DNA from: an uncultured Thermococci archaeon
Lineage (GTDB): Archaea > Methanobacteriota_B > Thermococci > Methanofastidiosales > B48-G16
DNA length: 64,000 nt
Assembly (NCBI GenBank): GCA_964595645.1
Contig: CAZQQT010000006.1
Location: 32,001 to 96,000, forward strand
Reading direction: 5' to 3'
A program made the position numbers and the translations under genes. The notes beneath the pieces were generated by a model that saw only the letters and a list, made by a program, of their open reading frames with translations, was not told the DNA's origin and searched no databases. Below are positions 20,751 to 30,486 of this stretch, piece after piece (the first letter of the stretch is position 1; every line of letters starts with the position of its first letter).

Positions 20751-20815
20751 AAAAATTATAAAACTTTTTGCAGATACAACACCTATGTAGGATAAAGAGT
20801 TAAAGAGGTAATTAG

Positions 20816-22165
20816 ATGAATAATTTACCCAACATAATTACTGAACCCCCAGGTCCTCGTACGAAAGAAGCGTTGGAAAAAGAGAAAGAACCGTTCTCAA
20901 CCCAATGGCCCAAAAATAGATATCTGCCCTTTGTCATCTCTGAAGGAAAAGGAGCAATTGTAAAAGATCCAGATGGAAACTCATATCTAGATTATATGGG
21001 ATGTGATTATAATCTCGGTCACTGTCACCCACATATCGTAAAAGCAATAAAAGATCAAGCCGAAGAACTTGTACTTTTTTTGAATATTACTGGTATATGG
21101 GAAAATATGAGGGAATTCGCAAATAAAATAAGAGAAATGTCCCCTGGAGAGTTAAAAGAGGGAAAAATTGTTTATTCAGCTGGTGGGAGCGGACTCGTTG
21201 CAGTTTCAACGATGTGCGCACGATATTATACTAGAAAATCCGTTATATTAACCTATGTCGGAGATTTCCATGGTACGACACCAGGAGTGATGCCCTTTAC
21301 TACACGAAGTTCCGAATCCAAAAAACATCTTTCACCAGTAATAGGAGAAACGGCATATCTCCCGTATCCTAACTGCTATAGGTGCCCTTTCGACAAATCT
21401 TATCCTGAATGTAATCTTTTTTGTGCTGAAAGTCTAAACAATACGTTAGAAACTGTCGTACACCCTGATGATGTAGCAGCACTTCTTTTTGAACCCATTC
21501 AATCTCCCTCGGGAATCATTGTCCCGCCCGAAGGCTATTGGGAGAGAATCGAGAAGATATGTAAAGAACATAGTATTGTAACGATATGCGATGAAGTGTT
21601 GACGGGTATGGGACGCACAGGTACCATGTTTGGGATTGAACACTGGGATATAGTACCTGATATTGTATGCATGGGGAAATCCTTTGCAATGGGCGTTCCT
21701 GCTGCCGCTATGATCGCGAAAAAAGAAATTGTGAATAACTGGAACTATGGATTCCCAACAATCGATAGTTTTGGTGGAAATCCTTTGGCATGTGCAGCAG
21801 GGCTGGCAGGATTGGAAGTGATCGAAAAGGAGAATCTTATGGAAAATACCATCAGAATGGGTGAGTATTTCCTGAAGGGACTGCAAGATATGTCTGAGGA
21901 GCATGAGCTAATAGGAGATGTAAGGGGAAAAGGTCTACTAATAGGTGTTGAGTTAGTGAAAGATCGTAAAACAAAAGAGCCTGCAACAGAAGAAACGAAG
22001 AAAATTATGCAGGAATGTTTTAAGAGAGGCCTAATAGTAGCGCCCTACGGCAGGTATGCTCAGGTGATAAGAATTTTTCCTCCATTAAATATAACTAAAG
22101 AACAGATCGATAAAAGTTTAGAGATAATGGATGAGGCTTTTAGAGTAGTAGAATGTAAAAGGTGA
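20816..22165 (+). CDS. Class III PLP aminotransferase, paralog 2
   Basis: DPDGNSYLDY, FHGTT, CDEVL, PDIVCMGK, SFGGNP; clearly similar to 15680-17044. Confidence 0.88.
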   Translation: MNNLPNIITEPPGPRTKEALEKEKEPFSTQWPKNRYLPFVISEGKGAIVKDPDGNSYLDYMGCDYNLGHCHPHIVKAIKDQAEELVLFLNITGIWENMREFANKIREMSPGELKEGKIVYSAGGSGLVAVSTMCARYYTRKSVILTYVGDFHGTTPGVMPFTTRSSESKKHLSPVIGETAYLPYPNCYRCPFDKSYPECNLFCAESLNNTLETVVHPDDVAALLFEPIQSPSGIIVPPEGYWERIEKICKEHSIVTICDEVLTGMGRTGTMFGIEHWDIVPDIVCMGKSFAMGVPAAAMIAKKEIVNNWNYGFPTIDSFGGNPLACAAGLAGLEVIEKENLMENTIRMGEYFLKGLQDMSEEHELIGDVRGKGLLIGVELVKDRKTKEPATEETKKIMQECFKRGLIVAPYGRYAQVIRIFPPLNITKEQIDKSLEIMDEAFRVVECKR

Positions 22166-22171
22166 ATCATC

Positions 22172-23545
22172 ATGACCCTATTTTCTGAAAAAATAGCTGA
22201 GATAGTCGATGAAATAACCTATAAAAAAATTCCAAACGATATTATAAAAAAAGCGAAATATTGTATCTTAGATTCGATTGCTTGTGGATTGGGAGCTTCC
22301 ACAATGAAAGAAGCTATTAAAATTTCTCATTTGATGGAAAAAATGGGCAGCACAGGGGGTGCTTCCATTTTCAATAGGAAGAAGAAGGTGCATCCCGCAC
22401 TGGCATCCTACACAAATTGCTATATGTGCAACCTCTTGGATTTTGATGATACCTACACATCACAATCTGTTGCAGGGCACCCAGGAGCGACAATAGTCCC
22501 CTCCTCAATGGCAGTTGGAGAAATGTTGAATATTTCTGGAAAAGATCTGCTAGAAGCTGTTATCGCCGGATATGAATCCTCAATAAGAATTGCTCAGTAT
22601 TACGCACCTACAAGCGATAGATTTAAGATAGTGGCAGGTATAAATACATGGCAAGTATTCTCAACTGCAGCTTCCGTTGCAAAAACAATCAATCTAGAAA
22701 TAAACGAGATAGTTTCGGCTATTTGCATCGCAGGAATAGGAGCTCCTGTACCTTCTGTGAGAAAGGTGGGGTTAGAGGGTATTACTCAGATGAAAAACAA
22801 CTTTGGATTAGTGGGATTGAATGGTACAATCTCAGCACTACTCGCGTCAGAAGGAATTGACGGCAATAAAGAACTATTTGAAGGAATGAATGGATTTTGG
22901 GCAATGGCTGGAAGTGATCAGTTCAAAATGGAAATAATCCCACTATCATCAAAATGGTTTATAGAGGATGTATCTTTTAAACCATATCCATTCTGCAGAT
23001 GTACGCACGCTACACTTGATGCTCTCGAACAAATAATGACTGAAAATTCCATAGAATCGCAAAATATAAAGAAAATTGATGTGTATACATTCTATGATGC
23101 TGTTGCTCTTAATTTTATTCCTAAAAACTTAATTAAATCACAGCAATCTCTTCTCTTTGCGATTGCAAAGGAAATACTGAAACAGGAAGGAGAATATAAC
23201 TGGAATAGTATGGATGTCCTGAATGATGAAACTGTAAAGGATATAATAAATAAAATCAGAGTACATGAAACGGAAGAAGCAAATAAATTGTATAAAGAGG
23301 AGGGAATCGATTCCTCAAATGTAATTGTTACTTTAAAAGATGGGAAAACTTTGGAAAAAAAGGTCTTTGGTGCTAAAGGGTGCGCAGAACACCCGATGGA
23401 CGAAAAGGAGATCTTGGAAAAGGCTCACTGGCTTATATCGCAGATCCTTGATTCCACTAGAGTTGAGGAGATAGTTTCTTCGATAATGAAGTTAGAGAAG
23501 GTAGATGATGTTGAGAAAATAGCAAGAATTTACCGATCAGACTAA
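22172..23545 (+). CDS. MmgE/PrpD family protein
   Basis: LDFDDT, GHPG, FKPYPFCRCTH. Confidence 0.88.
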   Translation: MTLFSEKIAEIVDEITYKKIPNDIIKKAKYCILDSIACGLGASTMKEAIKISHLMEKMGSTGGASIFNRKKKVHPALASYTNCYMCNLLDFDDTYTSQSVAGHPGATIVPSSMAVGEMLNISGKDLLEAVIAGYESSIRIAQYYAPTSDRFKIVAGINTWQVFSTAASVAKTINLEINEIVSAICIAGIGAPVPSVRKVGLEGITQMKNNFGLVGLNGTISALLASEGIDGNKELFEGMNGFWAMAGSDQFKMEIIPLSSKWFIEDVSFKPYPFCRCTHATLDALEQIMTENSIESQNIKKIDVYTFYDAVALNFIPKNLIKSQQSLLFAIAKEILKQEGEYNWNSMDVLNDETVKDIINKIRVHETEEANKLYKEEGIDSSNVIVTLKDGKTLEKKVFGAKGCAEHPMDEKEILEKAHWLISQILDSTRVEEIVSSIMKLEKVDDVEKIARIYRSD

Positions 23546-24490
23546 CAACACAGCAGCCATCTCTCCTTTCTGAATAGGTGGTCCTGTGATGAGGAGTATT
23601 TTTCCCTCGGTGGATGAGCGTATTCTTTCTTGAATATTACCCCAGTAATCCTTCACTATAGCAATACTTTCATCTTTACCCACGGTATCCCCTACTTTTT
23701 TTAGGGGAAGAAGGAATCCGTTGTTGTGTGAGTTCAAAATTGAAAAATTATGGAATTTTTTAGATTTTTTGATCTCCGGAAGCTCTCCTGAGATCATATC
23801 CAAATAGACTAATACGTTACGTACTCCTCTATAAAGTTTTTCTACACACTGTTCATCCACAATACCCCGTCCTCCACATTCTGCCACAATAGAGGGGACT
23901 CCTACATTTGTCGCCTCCTCAGCAAGTGTTCCTTGGATGTCTCCATCTCCTTCGCTGGACATGACAGCACCGAGATCCATCAACGTTGCCATTTTTTCCA
24001 GTGTAGCGTCAGTACGGGTATCCCCAGTTTTTTTATAGCTCGCATACGCACAGAGATCCTCAATTAAATCCCCACAATGCAGATCAACAATGTACTGACA
24101 GCGGTCCGTCAAAAAATTGAATAGGGTAAAGGCTATTTTATCACTAATAGAACCTGTAACGTTACCGGGAAAAACTCTATTAAGATTCTTTTCATCGAGG
24201 GGGCAGGTATACACAGATCTGTTCTCAAAGGCGGGCACATTCACTAGAGGGAATACGATCAATGCCCCTTTTAGATCCTCAGGCGAAATCCTTTCGATAA
24301 GGGTAAATGCAGTACAGGTAGCATTGTATTCTGAACCGTGAATTCCTGCCGTGACGCCGACAGTGGGACCATCCTTTGAGCCTTTCAGAACAATAACTGG
24401 AATAGTAACTCCGTCCACCACAAGCTCAGACGTATATAGTGTACCGGCTTCAATATCTTCAATCTGAAGATCTAACTCTGACGAACCCAT
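23537..24490 (-). CDS. Succinylglutamate desuccinylase/aspartoacylase (M14) family
   Basis: GIHGSE, NLNRVFPG, DLHCG, ECGG. Confidence 0.88.
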   Translation of the reverse strand: MGSSELDLQIEDIEAGTLYTSELVVDGVTIPVIVLKGSKDGPTVGVTAGIHGSEYNATCTAFTLIERISPEDLKGALIVFPLVNVPAFENRSVYTCPLDEKNLNRVFPGNVTGSISDKIAFTLFNFLTDRCQYIVDLHCGDLIEDLCAYASYKKTGDTRTDATLEKMATLMDLGAVMSSEGDGDIQGTLAEEATNVGVPSIVAECGGRGIVDEQCVEKLYRGVRNVLVYLDMISGELPEIKKSKKFHNFSILNSHNNGFLLPLKKVGDTVGKDESIAIVKDYWGNIQERIRSSTEGKILLITGPPIQKGEMAAVLLV

Positions 24491-24499
24491 TTACATCCC

Positions 24500-25747
24500 T
24501 TATCTGTCCTGGTTGCAGAATTTTTCCTTGGTGCGCACCACTATCTCCTTGAACTCCTCCTCAGTCAGTAAGCCTTTCTTTTCCTCTCCAAGAACTTTAA
24601 CTTCCTCGAGTACTTTAGGAATGAGTTCATCGCTCATGTCGATATTGAGGTTATCCAACATGTGTCGTATCGATGCTTTCCCACTCTTTTTGCCTAAGAC
24701 TATCTCAACGCCGTCCCGATTCAACAGATCCCATGTGAAGGGGAAGAGAACGAGGGGTGTTACATCTTTCTCTCTCAATTTAAGCAGGATGTTGACTAAC
24801 AGCCCTGACTCTATGGTGAAGGCATTTTTACCAGTAATAGGCTTGGATACAGGAATTTCTACTCCTGAAAACTCTTCAACCATCGTTGAGAGTTCATAGA
24901 GTTTCTCATGCTTGATATCCAAATTTACATTGTAGAGGAGGTAAAGAGAGAGTGTTACTTCATCTAAGGGGGGCATTCCCGCCCCTTCTCCCATGCCATT
25001 AACAGTTGTATGGGCCATCTCGGCTCCACTGGCAAGTGCTGTTACAGTATTTGCCGTAGCCATCCCGAAGTTATTATGGAAATGAGATTCTATGGGAATT
25101 TTTATCCTTTTTTTTATCCAGTTGATGAAATGCATGGTAGAAATTGGAGTTAGAACACCAAAAGTATCTGCAAAACAGAGAGAATCGGGGTGAACTTCCG
25201 ACACCTTCTTGAGAATACGTTCCAGTAGCTTGGGCTCCGATCGTGTAGAATCTACGAAGAAAGAAGTGGCGTTAATTCCATGGTCCTTTGCGTACTGAAG
25301 CGTTGAAGTCGACTTTTCAATGGCTTCGTCTATTGTCCAGCGATACCCTTGTTCTATCAGATCTTTACTGGTAGGAAACTCACAGAGAACACCATCAACA
25401 TTACAATCAAGAGCATGATCTACATCACTCGTAATCGACCGTGAAAAACATACGATCTCTGCATCCAATCCCAAATTCCCAATCTTTTTGGCAGTTTCTT
25501 TATCCTGTTTTGACACAAGTGGTAGCCCCAGATCGATTCTATCAACACCAATCTCATCGAGCATTTGAACAATTTTAATTCTTTCTTCGCCTCGCAAAAC
25601 GACGCCTGGCTGTTGTTCACCATCTCTCAGTGTCTCATCATTGATTTTGATATCTTCTATTTTTATTTTGTTTTTGACTTCGGGAACAAAATTATAGGGA
25701 GACGTCCACCAGCATTCTCCTTTCCACGGTTTGCTTTCTTGATTCAT
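24500..25747 (-). CDS. DRE-TIM metallolyase (homocitrate/isopropylmalate synthase-like)
   Basis: DETLRDGEQ, HFHNNFG, NGMGEGAG, LGKKSG; AGGTGA RBS before ATG at 25747. Confidence 0.85.
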   Translation of the reverse strand: MNQESKPWKGECWWTSPYNFVPEVKNKIKIEDIKINDETLRDGEQQPGVVLRGEERIKIVQMLDEIGVDRIDLGLPLVSKQDKETAKKIGNLGLDAEIVCFSRSITSDVDHALDCNVDGVLCEFPTSKDLIEQGYRWTIDEAIEKSTSTLQYAKDHGINATSFFVDSTRSEPKLLERILKKVSEVHPDSLCFADTFGVLTPISTMHFINWIKKRIKIPIESHFHNNFGMATANTVTALASGAEMAHTTVNGMGEGAGMPPLDEVTLSLYLLYNVNLDIKHEKLYELSTMVEEFSGVEIPVSKPITGKNAFTIESGLLVNILLKLREKDVTPLVLFPFTWDLLNRDGVEIVLGKKSGKASIRHMLDNLNIDMSDELIPKVLEEVKVLGEEKKGLLTEEEFKEIVVRTKEKFCNQDR

Positions 25748-25796
25748 GATCTCACCTAAGTTAAAGATTTTATATAAAGAATTAGTATAATAATTG

Positions 25797-25811
25797 CCCC
25801 AGCATATGCTG
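25797..25811 (-). promoter_or_regulatory. GCATATGC operator site 6
   Basis: Perfect palindrome CAGCATATGCTG followed on the minus strand by GGG-CAATTA-TTATA. Confidence 0.75.
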
Positions 25812-25852
25812 ACGATGCTCATACTGCTGAAATAAAAAATTTGTAGTTAGTT

Positions 25853-26788
25853 TTACTTCACACAATCGTTTTGTAGCACGACCCTCTGATTCGTCGCATC
25901 CAGTGTTACTTTACAACCTATTGGAATTGTTGTGTTTGGGGTATTATGTCCAAAATCGTCACATTTCAACACAGGAAACTCATATTCTTTTACCGCATTT
26001 ATTACAATATCTTCGTAAGATATGTTGCTCTCATGATTGTAGTACCCGATCCACATCCCTTTGATTTGCTTAAACACACCCATCTGTCGCAGACGATGTA
26101 GTTCGCATTCCACATGGGCAGGTGTACTTTTTTTGCCAAAACTCTCTAAAAACAGTATTGTATCTTTAAAATGAGGTAGGTACTGCGTTCCCGCCAGCTT
26201 GTTCATACAGTTTAGGTTGCCTCCTACCAACACGCCTTCAGCAACTCCTTCTTTGATGCATTTCCATTTTGAATTATGAGGTATTTCACCGATAGTTCCT
26301 TCAACTAATCTCTGTTTGAATTCGTGTACATCATACTCGGTATAGTCCCCCCCAAATCCCCAGATCACGTCATTTCCATGAAAGGTGATTAACCCTGTCT
26401 CTTTATAGATCGCATTTAGTAGTACGGTGATATCACTAATTCCAAGGAATATTTTCGGGTTATTTTTTATAGCATCAAAATTCAACAGAGGTAGCACCGT
26501 GTTTGCATTTGATCCTCCCTGGCTACAGATGATCGCGTTCACACCGGCGTCTTCAAACATTGAATTGATATCGTCTGCTTTCTCTCGAGGGGTCGCTGAA
26601 TATCCTAATGTGTTTTTCAATGCATTGCGTGCCACTTTGACCTCAAATCCACATGTGTTGAGGAATTCAACGCCTTTCTCGAACCGTGTTCTCACGTCTT
26701 CAGTTACAGGTGCAGAAGGAGACACAATCCCCACGGTGTCACCCCTCTGGAGTTTTTTGGGAATCATTACTATACATGATACCGGCAT
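25853..26788 (-). CDS. S66 peptidase (LD-carboxypeptidase/MccF family)
   Basis: GIVSPSA, QGG, GISDIT, GGNL, FLE, FGH. Confidence 0.88.
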   Translation of the reverse strand: MPVSCIVMIPKKLQRGDTVGIVSPSAPVTEDVRTRFEKGVEFLNTCGFEVKVARNALKNTLGYSATPREKADDINSMFEDAGVNAIICSQGGSNANTVLPLLNFDAIKNNPKIFLGISDITVLLNAIYKETGLITFHGNDVIWGFGGDYTEYDVHEFKQRLVEGTIGEIPHNSKWKCIKEGVAEGVLVGGNLNCMNKLAGTQYLPHFKDTILFLESFGKKSTPAHVECELHRLRQMGVFKQIKGMWIGYYNHESNISYEDIVINAVKEYEFPVLKCDDFGHNTPNTTIPIGCKVTLDATNQRVVLQNDCVK

Positions 26789-26967
26789 TTATTTAAGCTT
26801 TTCGTCTCTTATTTTGTTTAAACGCTAATTTATGTACTTGTTTGTATAAAAACTTTCAAAAAGTACTTAAATATACTTATATAGTGATTAAATGGGGGAA
26901 AGATATAAGAACCTGAAAGAGTTCAAACTTCATGTTAGTACTCTAAGAAATATACCCAGAAAGTACT

Positions 26968-26977
26968 GGCATATGCC
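26968..26977 (+). promoter_or_regulatory. GCATATGC operator site 7
   Basis: GGCATATGCC upstream of TTTTAAAA and cysK. Confidence 0.65.
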
Positions 26978-27015
26978 CTCACAATTATTTTAAAAAAGAA
27001 AGAGAAATAAGTGAT

Positions 27016-27966
27016 ATGCTTACTGATCCTTTGGAAGACATGCTCGAGCTGATAGGCAACACACCAATGCTCAAATTAAAACGAATATCACAGAAGATAT
27101 CTGCTGAAATCTGGGCAAAACTGGAATATTTCAATCCAAGTGGGAGTATAAAAGACAGAATTGCACTAAAAATGCTTGAGGAAGCAGAAAAACGAAATGA
27201 AATCTCCAAAGGAGGAATAGTGATAGAACCGACATCAGGAAACACTGGTGTGGCATTAGCACTGGTATGTACATTGAAAGGGTACAAAATGATTGCGGTC
27301 ATGCCGGAAGCGGTAAGTGAAGAGCGAAGAAAAATTGTGAAACTTCTTGGTGGAGAAGTAGAACTCGTTAAATGCCTCAACAAGGAGAAAGGTGTAACGA
27401 AGGAGGATATGGAAGCCGTCGTGGCACGTGCTGAAGAGCTCACTGAACAGTATTCGAACTCCTTCATGCCCGATCAGTTTACGAATGAGGATAACCCAAA
27501 GGCACATGCTGAGACCACTGCAGCTGAAATCTTGAACCAAACGGGGAAAAAACTTAACGCCTTTGTGGCCGCATGTGGGACAGGAGGGACCTTCACTGGA
27601 ATTGCACGAAAACTCAAAGAAAGATGTCTAGATGTCAAGAATGTGGTGGTAGAACCTAGTGGTTCTGCTGTCCTTTCAGGGTGCGAACCGTGTCATCATA
27701 AGATTCAAGGGATTGGAGAGGGATTCATCCCAGATGTTATGGATACGGAATTAGTCGATGAGATAATTCAGGTCAGCGGTAAAGACGCAATTGCCACCGC
27801 TCTTCAACTTTGGAAAAAAGAAGGTGTGACAGCAGGCATCTCAAGCGGTGCCAATGTGTTTGCTTCTCTCGCGATAGGAAAGGACATGAGCAAAGGAGAT
27901 ATTATCGTGACGCTGATACCGGATCACGGATTGAGATATCTCTCAGTAAAAGAATTTAGTCTATAA
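27016..27966 (+). CDS. cysK: Cysteine synthase family PLP enzyme
   Basis: KLEYFNPSGSIKDR, PTSGNTG, GTGGT, HKIQGIG. Confidence 0.88.
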   Translation: MLTDPLEDMLELIGNTPMLKLKRISQKISAEIWAKLEYFNPSGSIKDRIALKMLEEAEKRNEISKGGIVIEPTSGNTGVALALVCTLKGYKMIAVMPEAVSEERRKIVKLLGGEVELVKCLNKEKGVTKEDMEAVVARAEELTEQYSNSFMPDQFTNEDNPKAHAETTAAEILNQTGKKLNAFVAACGTGGTFTGIARKLKERCLDVKNVVVEPSGSAVLSGCEPCHHKIQGIGEGFIPDVMDTELVDEIIQVSGKDAIATALQLWKKEGVTAGISSGANVFASLAIGKDMSKGDIIVTLIPDHGLRYLSVKEFSL

Positions 27967-28305
27967 CGACAGTATAGAACAATAAGATTCATCGAGAATT
28001 CTCATTATTATCTTTTAGTACTTCCCATGAAAATTAGGACCAATCTATTCAGATGAATTACTATAATTTGGTTATCTGGATTTTCGTTTCGGTATCAGTT
28101 ATTTTTTAACTACTTTTGCGGTTTTGATCATGATGGAGTTATAAGTAGAGGGCGGACTTCAGTACACAAAGTCCTAAGCCGATCCTTGCTTTTGGAGCTT
28201 TATGGAGATATTTTTCATCTCATCACTCTTATATACTTAAAGAAGAAATAAGAAAAAAAAAAGAAAAATTATGTACAGGTAATCCCACTTCTCTCCTGAA
28301 TCGCC

Positions 28306-28596
28306 TCACTTGAGCCTTTTCTCAAAAAAGTCGCCGACGAATGTACCAACAATGAAGAATATCGCGAAAAGGATCGCGTTGACGAAGACGCTGACGAACC
28401 CTGTACCGAATGGGAAGAGCCAGCTTGGGAGAGAGTTGCCCGCAAGGTATCCAAGAAGTCCAAAGACGATAGCGAGAATAATGGAGTATAGAATCCCTTT
28501 CTTTAATAGTCCCCACTGTTTCTCTTCGCCCGGCTTCACGTATCCGTAGATCGCCCCAAGGAGAAGTCCTATCCAGAACAACATGTAGTTTTTCAC
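28306..28596 (-). CDS. Small membrane protein
   Basis: Three hydrophobic segments; GGAGGTGA RBS. Confidence 0.75.
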   Translation of the reverse strand: MKNYMLFWIGLLLGAIYGYVKPGEEKQWGLLKKGILYSIILAIVFGLLGYLAGNSLPSWLFPFGTGFVSVFVNAILFAIFFIVGTFVGDFFEKRLK

Positions 28597-29563
28597 CTCC
28601 TATGTTTTTTTTACTAATATACATAATTAAGAACTATATAAATGTTGCTGTACGTTTATTATAATGCCTCTAACGTAGTGGTAAAATGGTGGTAAAATTC
28701 TCTCACCTCCTTTCCCACTTCCTGCTAGGCGGGAAATTTCGCCTCTCGCACCATAGGGATCTCCACGATATCGCCTTCTTTTTCCCGTTTTTTCCTCCAA
28801 AATTTCCCAAAACATACATATTGGGAAATGCAAAAAAGGATCTAGGTCGTCTTCAAGATATGTAACTACGTGCCTATCTCTCTTCACGTCTGACCCCCAA
28901 AATCGTGATAATTACTGCGATTTTCGATCGATCGTTCTTTGTGAGTAGTTTGATACATGAGGATCTGCTGTCTCCTATATCTTGTGAAGGATCATCTCTT
29001 AGAAGATCATGATCGTTCGTGTTCTGATGAACGTGTTGTGGAATCATGAGTGTGGATGGTTCATGACGTACAATCCAAGAAAAGAGTACACAACAATAGG
29101 TATCACAATGAGCGACTGACAATGATTACTAGGGTCTCCATCCGAATTCATACAGATTTCCAAAAATTTCATGATCCCTTCTTTTCTTGTTTATCAAAAA
29201 AGGAATTTGGAGCTCCCATTCGTTAATCTAAGCCGTTCAAGGGGTCAGTTCTCCCCTTTTTTCCGTTTCCATAACATCCCGAAACTGGTTTGATCTGTTT
29301 CATCATATGAATCATATATGAAAAACTTGTTACATCCCTTCTCCGGAGAGTTCCATCGACCCCCTTGTTTTTTTCTCAACGTTCTCTTGTTTTCTACGGT
29401 TTCTCATCGAGATTCCACCCGTTTTGAACGCAGTTTCGTGATTTTTGAAGGTGAATTCATATGAATTTCCGTATTCATATATGAATAAGTAACTATTATG
29501 CCCCCCCTCCCTCTTTAGAAAGGGTGCTGGGAGGAAAATGTGTGGTATGCTATGTAGCTTCCA

Positions 29564-30345
29564 TCACACGTCTATATCAACTGTCACCCCAACCCTCTCT
29601 TTCCCAAGAAATACTGGGGCGACCTCGTGCCATGTGTATTGAGGGAAGACATAGGGGTAGTTCCCCTGACGGATGTATCGATACACATGTTTCACGTACT
29701 GAGTCACGAGCACGTAGGAGCACTTGTCCATCTCCCCCACGAGTTTGGGCGAGATCTTGTTTTGGGATGTTCAGCCTACGAGGGATCGGTGGGAGAGGTC
29801 GAGGTACACGTCCACCTCCGGCAGGATCCTCCCGTCGTCGTGACAGTACATCGCGATGTCACCACAGGAGAGGAGACCGAACGTCTTCCCGTTGAACATG
29901 AAGACTCGCTTCTCGTTCTGTGCGGAGAACCCCCGTTGATCGCCCTTTCCTCGCTCCAGCCAACACTCCCAGATGTGGGTGACGTACCCGTACTCTCCGT
30001 AGTCCCATTTAAGAAGGCGACAATGGAGTCGATCCCGCGGTACGGGTTGTATTGTCGTTCTCCTTCCCTTTTCTCACTGAAAAGATCGATGCCCACGACG
30101 AGCGGCACCTTCTCCTCCAGGTGCGTGTTGAGGAGCGGGAGTACCTCGTTAGAGATGAGATCTTTGGCACTGGAGAACTGCGTGGGCTGCAGGGAGAAAA
30201 AGTTGTGGGAAGTGACGAGCATGTCCGTCTGCGGCGTGATCGCTACATCTAAAAGGTCTACCGCCCGTTCGTAGTCCCACGAGTCACTACAGTACTTCTC
30301 CTGAAAGAAGCGTTTACATTCCGGGATGATGAGTCGTACCTTCAT
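29564..30345 (-). pseudogene. Disrupted gene, nitrilase/carbon-nitrogen hydrolase-like fold
   Basis: Frameshift near 30010; the continuation reads KWDYGEYGYVTHIWE...TFGLLSCGDI...DVYLDLSH..G*TSQ... to TGA at 29564. Confidence 0.6.
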
Positions 30346-30486
30346 CGTTCACCTCACACGATACTACTCCCCGCAATTTTCCACAGGTCCTCGTGGAGCA
30401 ACGCGAGGAGACAGTTGGTACACTCTCGTTCGGTGGGATTCTCTCGAGGACACTCTCTCTTCTCTACCCACCTACATTCCATGCCA

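Noticed and set aside
28627-29122. ORFs 28627-28887 and 28874-29122 (also 47170-47475)
   Set aside because: Short, with no recognisable motifs or clear start signals; left uncalled
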